Below, piece after piece: positions 29,901-41,900 of a stretch of 64,000 nt of DNA. Made by a program: the position numbers and the translations under genes. Source of the stretch: Harriotta raleighana (taxonomy: Eukaryota); contig JBNZDD010013586.1 in the NCBI GenBank assembly GCA_050575255.1, forward strand, positions 649,083 to 713,082. The letters are read 5' to 3'. The stretch's first letter is position 1; the number at the start of each line of letters is the position of its first letter. Below the pieces are notes generated by a model, which was given only the letters and a program-made list of their open reading frames with translations, searched no databases and was not told where the DNA came from.

Positions 29901-32900
29901 ATCTTGTAAAGCGCTCTCCCAAAAGGTGCTGTATTTAGTGCAAGGATTCTTAAATGTCCACCAGATCTCCACGTATGATGTGCCACTGAGACATGCAAGC
30001 GAAAAAAAAAATCATGTCTTATTCCTGGTCAGTGCTTAGGAGATTGCTACCACTGAGAAACCGCCAGCTGAGGAAAGGCGAGGTTAAAAAAAAACTTGTT
30101 AAACGTGTTCCGCATTCTACTTGAAGCGTGAATGATGATGAAAGTGAGCTGGAATGCGGTTGCTGAAACTCAAATATTTCGCTGATACTTAATGACTTAA
30201 GTGTCGAAGCTCGCTTGCAAAACAAGTGAAATTCTTGAGGCAGCGTGGTTTGACAATGTCAAGTAAGCAACACCCCAGCAAACGTCAATACAAATTGGGT
30301 AAAGAGAGGAGAAAGAGTAAAACATTTAGCTGATTTAAAAAAAAAAAAAAATTCATATCATCCGGTAATGCAAGTGACATAATCGCACTTCTGGGAAGTG
30401 CCGATAAATCTGTCAGATTTAACCCAAAAGGGAAGAGCAAATGATGTAAGAATGAGTAATTTTACAGGCACTGACTGGCGAAAATGTAAGGCGAATCGCT
30501 ATCCTTACTTACATGCAATAAGTTCCAATTCAAATATATATTACCTGTTCCGTCTTCAACATTTTCCACTTCCATGACCTCGGTACTAATCCGGCCGCGG
30601 AAGATATACTGTCCGCCATTCACAGACTTTGTGCGTTTGGTTGATTTCTTTCCAGCAACTCTGAATAGACAGAAAAGTAAGCATGTCTAAGATGGAATAC
30701 TGTCTTTAATATATTAATGTAATAATAATAATCCTTTGCATTCTTCATCGAATGTACTGTAAAGTGAATCGACTGTATATTTGTAGGCGAAACGCGGCAG
30801 CCAATTGCGTACAGCAGTGTCCCCGCAAACAGTCGTGGATTGAAATGACCAATTTTATTATTGCTGTAGGCACAGTCTCAGCATTTTCCCACAGCATATA
30901 ATCCTGTTTTTTGAAGACCAATGATTCATGAAAAACACCCTCAAAAGCAGTTGGACTAACTACCGGGTATTTTAGAGCCTTTTGCAGAAGCTGCTAAAGA
31001 TTAGATTGACCAAGCCCGCCAATAATATGTTTCCACATAATCCACTCTTCATTCAGATTACCCTACTCTGTGATGCAAACCACTTGTCTACTCTTGCTCA
31101 AGACCAACAATATAATCATGGAAATTCCAGAGACTGGTTTACAGTCCAAAACAAAGTTAAAAACATCCAACTTCCATACACACAAATACTTGTTTGCATT
31201 TTGCTCTATGGAATAGGTTTTGCAATGTAAAGAGAGTAGATTCCACAGGACAGTTAGTCTTAGTAAATTACAAGAAACACTTCACTCAAAATGCCCAGTA
31301 ATATAATGGGTGCTATATAAATTCAAATCTATAATCTTGTGCAACAGGTTTGAAGAGTAATTGATGGTCCCTTTTAATTGTCAGCAAGTAAAGAGGTAGT
31401 TTACCAGGTAGAGCAAGATATCCAGACTCCTGGGAAACAGTAATTATAACCAGGACAGAATGTTAGCTATGCGACCGTGACCACACAACCACCAACACAT
31501 GCAACCCATCATTATTTTAGTTAAGGTTTACAGAGGTAGTTTACCAGGTAGAGCAAGATATCCAGACTCCTGGGAAACAGTAATTATAACCAGGACAGAA
31601 TGTTAGCTATGCGACCGTGACCACACAACCACCAACACATGCAACCCATCATTATTTTAGTTAAGGTTTAAGTTTGGTCAAGGTTCGGACCACAGACAGA
31701 AAATTCAAAGGTCTAACCAGTGACTCCACCCAGGACAATAACAGGGTACAAAAATGTGCAAATGTTTCGCTAAAAATAGAAGGATGAATTCCAATGGGAA
31801 TGAGTTTCGAGATGGTTCCTGATGACTACACCAAATTTGAACATTTGCATTTATAAGCCATGATATTACTGCATATCTATTTCCAACAGTGAAACAGAAG
31901 AAAAAAAAACCACAGATGCCAAAGCTCTGCAAACCATACGACAACCTTTGAAGCCTTGAATAGCTTACAACACAGAACAGGACTCTCCCAAATGCTGGGA
32001 TGAATTTGGCACTGTATGGGTCCTTCTCGCAAAATAAACCCCATCTCAAAGCAAATTTTGCATTATATGTAAGTCACAGAGGCAGCAGAGAAATCAGTAA
32101 ATGGGGTTGACTAATTCCTCCCTTCTTCTCCCAACCCTCAGTTTCACCCACAAAAAAAACACTTTAGTAAGTATTTTGTGAAGCGCTTTGAGGTATCTCT
32201 AAGGTGTGATAAAGCACTGTATCAAATGCATGGAATTTTGTACTTTATATTGTATTTAACTTCTTGTTTTAATCGGCGAATAAATAATGACTTTAGAGTA
32301 GGATGAAGCGATTGTTTTGAAGAGATCCAACATCAAACGTCACATCAGCATTGTAACACTCAGGGAGTGCTCATTTTCTCTCCTTTTTTTTATAAACTCC
32401 TTCTGTAAACACTGTGAACCATTGGCTTCCTTCCTCTAGTCACTTTTCGCTATGAGATCACCAATTACAAAACCCTATGGATGCCTTTCATTAGATCAGA
32501 CAAATTACAACACATGGAAGTGCACTCAGCTATCGCGTTGGCTCAGAGATGGCCTGATGCTCTACAAACCCCTCCCCTAAGCAAACGCTCCTCAAATTGG
32601 AGAAGCCTCAAAAATCATCATGTGCCAATAATGGAGCCCTGAAGTGTCATCATCTCAGCCTGAAATCAAACAGATCATCAAATTCTTTGCTCGAAATGTT
32701 TGGCAAATCTGTTTGCTTTTCTAATGGATACTGTGTGAGCAGCAATATTTCCTCTCCCCCCCCACCCCCCCATTTATCTTATGACAGCATTGGAGCATTG
32801 AGCGTGCGCTGCTTTTCATGCAAAGAATGTGTACTAAGAAAGTGGCAGAATGACATCAGCTTAACAGTTGGGAGGCAGCCAGCAAAAACTAAAATGACAC

Positions 32901-35900
32901 CTGTCTCACAAAGTCAACTCGGGCTTTTGCAGAAAGGCCAGAGGCTTTTATTTAGCCTGAGAACATCCGTTAACAGCCCCTCTTTCAGTAGATGGATAAT
33001 CCTCCATTTGAACATCAGCGCGCACAAAAAAGAGAGTTACAGGTGATGAGACAGAGAAAGAGAGAGAGAGAGATCCGGAAGTAGAAAAGGGCATTACATA
33101 AGGCTTTGCTGCTTGTCATCTGGATGTAAAGTTAAGTGATTTGGTGCAGCTGCAGTCATTCTAGTGTCTGGCACAAGTGGAGACCTGGCTTAAGCTTCAG
33201 CAACCCTTGAGATGCTGAGCTATTTATCATCTTGAAGAGACCTGACAGCCCGGTTGTAACTTTCCGAGCGCAGTAAATCGTTTTGACTCTGGTACAGCGG
33301 GAAGTGACCTGGCCTCAGCGCTTTCCCATTCCTCACTCGTTCCTAGCGGACGGCTTCTTCCCTGCAATTCCCATCCAAAGCGTTTCGTTCGGAATCGCTC
33401 CCGTTATTNAAAAACACCCTCAAAAGCAGTTGGACTAACTACCGGGTATTTTAGAGCCTTTTGCAGAAGCTGCTAAAGATTAGATTGACCAAGCCCGCCA
33501 ATAATATGTTTCCACATAATCCACTCTTCATTCAGATTACCCTACTCTGTGATGCAAACCACTTGTCTACTCTTGCTCAAGACCAACAATATAATCATGG
33601 AAATTCCAGAGACTGGTTTACAGTCCAAAACAAAGTTAAAAACATCCAACTTCCATACACACAAATACTTGTTTGCATTTTGCTCTATGGAATAGGTTTT
33701 GCAATGTAAAGAGAATAGATTCCACAGGACAGTTAGTCTTAGTAAATTACAAGAAACACTTCACTCAAAATGCCCAGTAATATAATGGGTGCTATATAAA
33801 TTCAAATCTATAATCTTGTGCAACAGGTTTGAAGAGTAATTGATGGTCCCTTTTAATTGTCAGCAAGTAAAGAGGTAGTTTACCAGGTAGAGCAAGATAT
33901 CCAGACTCCTGGGAAACAGTCATTATAACCAGGACAGAATGTTAGCTATGCGACCGTAACCACCAACACATGCAACCCATCATTATTTTAGTTAAGGTTT
34001 ACGTTTGGTCAAGGTTCGGACCACAGACAGAAAATTCAAAGGTCTAACCAGTGACTCCACCCAGGACAATAACAGGGTACAAAAATGTGCAAATGTTTCG
34101 CTAAAAATAGAAGGATGAATTCCAATGGGAATGAGTTTCGAGATGGTTCCTGATGACTACACCAAATTTGAACATTTGCATTTATAAGCCATGATATTAC
34201 TGCATATCTATTTCCAACAGTGAAACAGAAGAAAAAAAAACCACAGATGCCAAAGCTCTGCAAACCATACGACAACCTTTGAAGCCTTGAATAGCTTACA
34301 ACACAGAACAGGACTCTCCCAAATGCTGGGATGAATTTGGCACTGTATGGGTCCTTCTCGCAAAATAAACCCCATCTCAAAGCAAATTTTGCATTATATG
34401 TAAGTCACAGAGGCAGCAGAGAAATCAGTAAATGGGGTTGACTAATTCCTCCCTTCTTCTCCCAACCCTCAGTTTCACCCACAAAAAAAACACTTTAGTA
34501 AGTATTTTGTGAAGCGCTTTGAGGTATCTCTAAGGTGTGATAAAGCACTGTATCAAATGCATGGAATTTTGTACTTTATATTGTATTTAACTTCTTGTTT
34601 TAATCGGCGAATAAATAATGACTTTAGAGTAGGATGAAGCGATTGTTTTGAAGAGATCCAACATCAAACGTCACATCAGCATTGCAACACTCAGGGAGTG
34701 CTCATTTTCTCTCCTTTTTTTTATAAACTCCTTCTGTAAACACTGTGAACCATTGGCTTCCTTCCTCTAGTCACTTTTCGCTATGAGATCACCAATTACA
34801 AAACCCTATGGATGCCTTTCATTAGATCAGACAAATTACAACACATGGAAGTGCACTCAGCTATCGCGTTGGCTCAGAGATGGCCTGATGCTCTACAAAC
34901 CCCTCCCCTAAGCAAACGCTCCTCAAATTGGAGAAGCCTCAAAAATCATCATGTGCCAATAATGGAGCCCTGAAGTGTCATCATCTCAGCCTGAAATCAA
35001 ACAGATCATCAAATTCTTTGCTCGAAATGTTTGGCAAATCTGTTTGCTTTTCTAATGGATACTGTGTGAGCAGCAATATTTCCTCTCCCCCCCCACCCCC
35101 CCATTTATCTTATGACAGCATTGGAGCATTGAGCGTGCGCTGCTTTTCATGCAAAGAATGTGTACTAAGAAAGTGGCAGAATGACATCAGCTTAACAGTT
35201 GGGAGGCAGCCAGCAAAAACTAAAATGACACCTGTCTCACAAAGTCAACTCGGGCTTTTGCAGAAAGGCCAGAGGCTTTTATTTAGCCTGAGAACATCCG
35301 TTAACAGCCCCTCTTTCAGTAGATGGATAATCCTCCATTTGAACATCAGCGCGCACAAAAAAGAGAGTTACAGGTGATGAGACAGAGAAAGAGAGAGAGA
35401 GAGATCCGGAAGTAGAAAAGGGCATTACATAAGGCTTTGCTGCTTGTCATCTGGATGTAAAGTTAAGTGATTTGGTGCAGCTGCAGTCATTCTAGTGTCT
35501 GGCACAAGTGGAGACCTGGCTTAAGCTTCAGCAACCCTTGAGATGCTGAGCTATTTATCATCTTGAAGAGACCTGACAGCCCGGTTGTAACTTTCCGAGC
35601 GCAGTAAATCGTTTTGACTCTGGTACAGCGGGAAGTGACCTGGCCTCAGCGCTTTCCCATTCCTCACTCGTTCCTAGCGGACGGCTTCTTCCCTGCAATT
35701 CCCATCCAAAGCGTTTCGTTCGGAATCGCTCCCGTTATTCAGAGGAGAAGGCTGGTGTCATCCCATTAGCCAATTCACTGATCAAGCCAAAAAGGAAGAA
35801 ACAACATTTTTGGGGGATGGTACTGGATTTGGGGATTGCAACGGTTTCCGAAAATTTGGCGCTCGATCTGTAGGTTAACCTTAATCTGTGTCGATTTAAG

Positions 35901-38900
35901 TGGGATTCAGTCATGCTTCAAGCAGAGGTAACACTTTAAATCGGTCGGAACCCATTGAGCTCCACCAAATGTCCCTTGGGACGTCCTCTTGATATTAAAG
36001 GCGCTATATAAGTGTAATTTTCTTGTGGGTATTGTTGTTGATGTTGTTCCCATCAGCGGGTTTGAACTCCACACATCATCAAAACTTTGCAATTGTCCTC
36101 CTCTGGCCGAATCAAATTGTTTCCACCTTTGTCTGCCCGGCTGTGGATTAAGATCACAAAGAGCGGTGATCACAATACCAGTGGATCGCAACAAAGCAAA
36201 CGTTCCCTTCAGAGAAAGCGAATTTCGGGAAAACGTCGGTGATTTTTGCTTCGTTTGGTCGGACACATGTGGAAAACCATCACCATGTGAATTCCCGAGT
36301 CTGGAGTGGAAGGTGCAATCTCTCTCTCTCTCTCTANGAAAACCATCACCATGTGAATTCCCGAGTCTGGAGTGGAAGGTGCAATCTATCTCTCTCTCTC
36401 TCTCTCNGGAGTGGAAGGTGCAATCTCTCTCTCTCTCTCTATGTCTCTCTGGAGGGGTACACCTATAAACAGAAACTCTTGAGACACAGTTTGGCGAGAG
36501 TGTGTCTAGCCCAGAGTGTGTATTGGGATCCGGCTGGAGCTTAACCTGCTAAAACCTCGTAAAGCCTTAGTGAGAACGAGCTGGGATTCTGACCAATCTC
36601 TCGGGGGATATCAGCTCGCAGCTGATATCAGCTCGTACTTCCATTGAGTGGCTGTGAAGTCAACCTAATGGATCATCATACGGCAAGGTATAGATGCAAA
36701 TCGTAACCCACCTGGATTTCCTCTTGCAGTACACCAGTAGGTTATCAAACAAAAAGAACACTCGCTCTTGAATGTTTCCAGCCGAGATCTTCAGTAACGT
36801 TCCTTGCTGCAGCAGTTCAGTGCAGATGTCCGTCAGATTTGAGCCCTGGCCAAAACACATAATATTGAAAAGAGTTTTACATACTTCGGACGTCTGGTGA
36901 TGCGATTAAACTCGTACTGAGTCAGCTTTGGATCCAAAACACACAGGCAATCAATGAAGTAGCTTCCACACTGACAGGTTAATGGAGGGATCCGCATGCC
37001 TGTTCAATGGGGTAAGCCGGGCTGGCCATTATCATGAACTAAACACGTGATTTAATGGCAGATCGCGATTGCTGTTTCGCAACCACACATCCCAGCTGAA
37101 AGCCAACTTGCAGGTTTTATATTTAGAAAATGAGGAAGGCTATCGGGCGAGTTGAAAAAAATCTATTACGCAGCTAGCCCCCCACCTCTGGCCCTATCCT
37201 CCCACACACTGAATCACTGTAGAAACCAAGTGATTAATTGCAGAATCACCTCATTTGCAGTATTGGTTTAAAAATGACAAGCTTATTTCACATTCAATTT
37301 CAAGTTAGGCTGTTCTGAAAAGCATCTGGGAATCCGGTTTGCCTCCTCGTCCCTCGCACAGAAGTAACCAGTTGGGCATTTCTGAACTGCTCTAAAAATT
37401 TGCAACTCAAACCAACCGTTGATCCGCTTTCATTTCGAAGTGCTCTGGCCATTTTTTGCAGCGCGTCTCTTCACACCTCTCCTGAAAATAAATTTGTCAG
37501 TTCAAGGCAAATAGATTTGGGGTGGGGAGGGAGGGTGTTTAAAAAAAAAATCAAAGTCCCTCTCTGAACTGCGCAGCTGGCTATCGTACAGATGTCTCAG
37601 CCGATGTCAACTAGGACAGTGATGAGGCATTACAGTCGGCCTCGGTACTCTGGGCTAGGTGAGGGGAACAGAAATGAATCAAAAATGCAATGCTCTTGCT
37701 GCAATGATCCTAGCTGGAAAGCGGGGATGTGCAAGCTCCAAATTCAGGATGAGTTATCACCAACAACACAGTTGAAACGGCCGACTGACACTCATTCTCC
37801 GGGTTTACATGTGAAGAGTAATTATTTAGACTGCAGTCATGCATGCCCGTAGAATAACACCACAGCAAGAACCAGTACCTTCAGGAGCAGATTGGGGAGA
37901 AAATTAGAGAAGATTTATTTTTATTTTATAAAAGTGACATTCGCAACAGAAGTACACACAGCTTCAGAAAGCTTCTAGTCATACTAAAGGAATACCACGA
38001 CATTGTTATCTGCAGAGTACCCTCGTTGGTTTAAATGCTCAGAAGATTTGAACAACTCCAAACGAAAAGCTTTCAGTCAGAATGCAACCTTATAACTGTT
38101 GGGCACAAGTTGAATGACAAGACTGTCAGCTCAGTGGTTAGAGCACTCGCCTTACAAGCGAGAGACCTGGGTTCGATTCCAGGCAGGGCGAAACTTTGGG
38201 CATGTTTCCTTACTCCACATGCCTGACAATAATCCCTCAAGAAAAAAAAGCAACAATAAATTAATCATTTCAATTCACGACTGTTTGTGGGACACTGCTG
38301 TGTGCAACTGGCAGCCACATTGCGCCCACGAATATTCAGTCAATACACTTGGCAGTATATTCTGTGAAGCGCTTTGAGATGTCTAGAAGAAGTGAAAATG
38401 CTACATCAATTGCATGGATTATTATTAGTACAGCACTGTTGCGTCCAAAAGTTGTAAGATTCAGTCTGACAAGAATCTTTGCGAGGCCATTAAAACCAAG
38501 ACTAGTGTGGTTTACGGACTTTCTTTCTGTTAAGTTCTCTTTCTCACTTCTTTTTTCCCCCAAACTTAACATGTGAAGTGAAGCCGCCCGGAAGCTGCAA
38601 CTGTAGAGAGCCACAGAACTCTCAGCTACTTTCACACTGCTCAGACCAAGTCCCACAGCTGGTTTCATAACGGCCCAGGGGTAGTGACCCACGCACACTC
38701 CGCAAGTTTTAACAGGGAAACACGGAAGACTCCCATTTATTAGGTCTGGGAAGCTCAGAAAGATTTGAATGGGGGTCCCGTGTTGGCTCACATTTCTTTC
38801 TTCCGGGAGACAAAACCGAGAACGGGGCCGCACTCGTGGAGAAGCAACAAATGAAGAATAAATGACCTCAGTAAAAAGCAGAGCCAGCATCATCAGTAGC

Positions 38901-41900
38901 GACCGTGGCAATTGCTCTCACACACATCGTGGAGCGGTCGCTGCATTGGTCTGGACTCTTTCAACAGTGCCCCCAAAACAATTTTTTTAATCACATGGTG
39001 ACATTTTGCTTCCGAGCACTCAGCCGAGGAAACTGAGAAGGCATTTCCCTTGCACCATAAAATTGCATCATTTGTACAGCTGTTGCTGAATCAAAGCACC
39101 AGCAAAAACAGACAAGGAATTTCATTTCGCCTTCCCTGGCAGTGCATTTCCACATGGCAAAAGCTGCCACGTGGACATCATAGTTTGCCTCCAAAGACGG
39201 ACGCTATCCTTGACTGTAAATGACTGTAAAATACTTGGAAAATGCGCCCACCTCGAGAAGTTCTCGCCAAGTTCTTATGCGCTCTTCGTGTTGCTTAGAA
39301 TTTCAGCAAACAATGGCTTCACGTTTTGTTTTCTTAACTGAGCAGCATAAAACACCAATTCATGTGGTTATCTGGGCGACTTGATAGAACTACGTACAGT
39401 ACTCTGCTACATATGGCTTCCACCAGCGAACAGAATACAGGGAGACCTTTGTACAATTGGGGCATGCCCCTAGAATATTGAAATCTCACGTGACAGTCAG
39501 TGCAAAAATTAATTCTCACGAGGGAATAGTCTATGAAACCCACCATTCATGTAAAGAATGATTTGCCTAATGCACTTTGATCTTGTACAACGTGAAAGGC
39601 GCTTTACAAGTTTCACAACAACAAAATTACATTTGGAGAGCGCCTTTCACATCGGGAGGACGTCCCAGGGCGCTGTCACCCTGCCTCGGAAACAAATTTC
39701 ATCCGCTGCGTCAAAGAACTTTCAAATGAGCAGTCGTTTCTCCTTTCAAACCAAATTATCAATGAACCAAACGTGTTTTTCGCCTCCCCGAAAGGTTTTA
39801 GTCCTCATACCTCCCATCCTTCAATGTGTGACTGCAAATGCTCCAAGGCCTCTAGCTTTTCCATCTGTCGCTTTGTTTCGTTAATGTTGGTGCAGACTGC
39901 TTTCATTGCTTGCAACGCACTCTCTACTGCTCCATTATCACTGTGCTTTTTAGAGGTCCTCTTCAGCAATTCCTGGGAAAGGAAATTAATCAGCTATGAA
40001 CTAAAAAGATTGTGTCCATTCATCAAATGGACAGATTACATAATCACTCTCATACCGTACATTTCATGGAGCTAATGCCTAACAAAATGTTTATTTTGTT
40101 AAAACCAAACATATGCAAAACCGGATCAAGAGATAAAACATAAACCAAATTACAAGTTACGAGAATTCCCCAGTAGTTTAGTTGGAAACAAAACCTCATA
40201 GTTTTGCATTCACCCACATTTTTGGCACTTGTCCTGTGCAGGAACGAGCAGTCCCTCAAGGCAATGTTTTGGAGAACATGTGCACAAATGAATATTTAGT
40301 ACTTCATTCCTCACAGTGGAACATTCATAGAAATCTTTTGGAAACCACACAACAGTTGAAACATGTTAAAAGTAGAACTTCTGCACGACTCAAAGTCAGA
40401 GCTGTGTGCATCATATAGAATTCCATTGAGCAAGGCACGGAACCAAATTGTGAAGAGGGAATTATAGTTATAAACATCTTCTCAAACCCTCTACATTCAT
40501 ATTAAATCCCCCTATTTGCCCACAAACAAATATAGTTTCAAGTGATGTCTGAGGAGCATCAAGTCCACTCAATAAGAACAACAACAAAATTACATTTGTA
40601 GAGCGCCTTTCACATCGAGAGGACGTCCCGAGGTGCTGAAACAACAACTTGTGTTTATATAGCCCCTCTCATGCGGGAGGCATCTCAAGAGCACTTAAGA
40701 ATAGCGTGGTTTAACACTGCAAAGGGAGAGGAGGTGACCAAAGTCACAGAAGAAAATCTTCAGGTGGGATTTGAAGAAAGGCAAAGAATGGTGGAGGTGG
40801 GGGGGCGAGACAGAGGGATTGCAGCAAGGAGTTCCAGAGATTCGGGGCATTATGGCTTGAAGGATGGCCGCCAACTGTAGAGCAGAGGGGACGATAGGAT
40901 GTGCAGAAAACCTGAGCCAGCTGAGAGTACTTACTGCACTTGACAGTTCACAGTGAACCTATTGGGGAGTGTTCTAACAGAGTCACCTTGGGCTTGATTT
41001 TCTGTTGGGCGCAATTGGAAGAATGAGGAAACACTGAAAATGTAAGAACCAGATGATCTTACAGTAGTTATTCTCTTGAAAGGTGAGTTGTAAAGGAGGC
41101 CTGTCAACCCTTCTCGGAGCCCCAGAGCAGGCTAGCCTTCTGGAATCAATACTTCCAGCTGTAAGCTATGAAGAGTCTGCAGGCAAGTGTGTCTTTCAAT
41201 GAAGGCTAGCTAGCGCACTCCAGTCCCCAGAGATTACAGTCATCACAGGTCCTTTAACAATGTGTGTTCTTTGATGTGTTGGTGGATCTGTGGTCAGTAA
41301 GATCAATTAAGTGATCGGTTAAGTGGCATAACAGATGCCTGGTCCCCACCCCCACTACACACACACACACAAACATATACCCACCCACTGCCTTGTTTTG
41401 GGAAATCCGTTGCCAGAATGCCTCCATCAAATGCTACCTCAAAGCTGGTTGATCAGTTCGCCAGGTCTCCGTTTGAGCATAAAGTGTTCAAAGCAGTTCA
41501 AGGGTCGGGCAAGAGTGAATGTGAAGTGGGTCTATTTCACAAGGCTACGCAAAATGCTGTAGCTGTGACAATCACACCGGGGCTTCAGATCACAATCCTG
41601 GGACAATCTAATGGAAGTCTCTTCTCTTTTCATGTCGGTTGAACTCCATTTGACTGTGACAATCTCTCTAAACTTTGGACTGCATTTAGATTCTTCACCC
41701 TCACTCCTCCCCTCTCTCTTCTCTTCCCCCCCCCCCCACCCCCCCCAGCAGTCAAAATCCACGAATGCACCNTGTCGGTTGAACTCCATTTGACTGTGAC
41801 AATCTCTCTAAACTTTGGACTGCATTTAGATTCTTCACCCTCACTCCCTCCCCTCTCTCTTCTCTCCCCCCCCCCGCCCACTCCCCCCAGCAGTCAAAAT

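Noticed and set aside
32597-35377. Duplicated 149-aa ORF as a paralogous gene pair
   Set aside because: No recognisable domain; the identity comes from the probable assembly duplication.
38121-38192. Functional tRNA-Val(TAC) gene
   Set aside because: No proper acceptor stem, and it continues directly into the SINE body seen in many copies.
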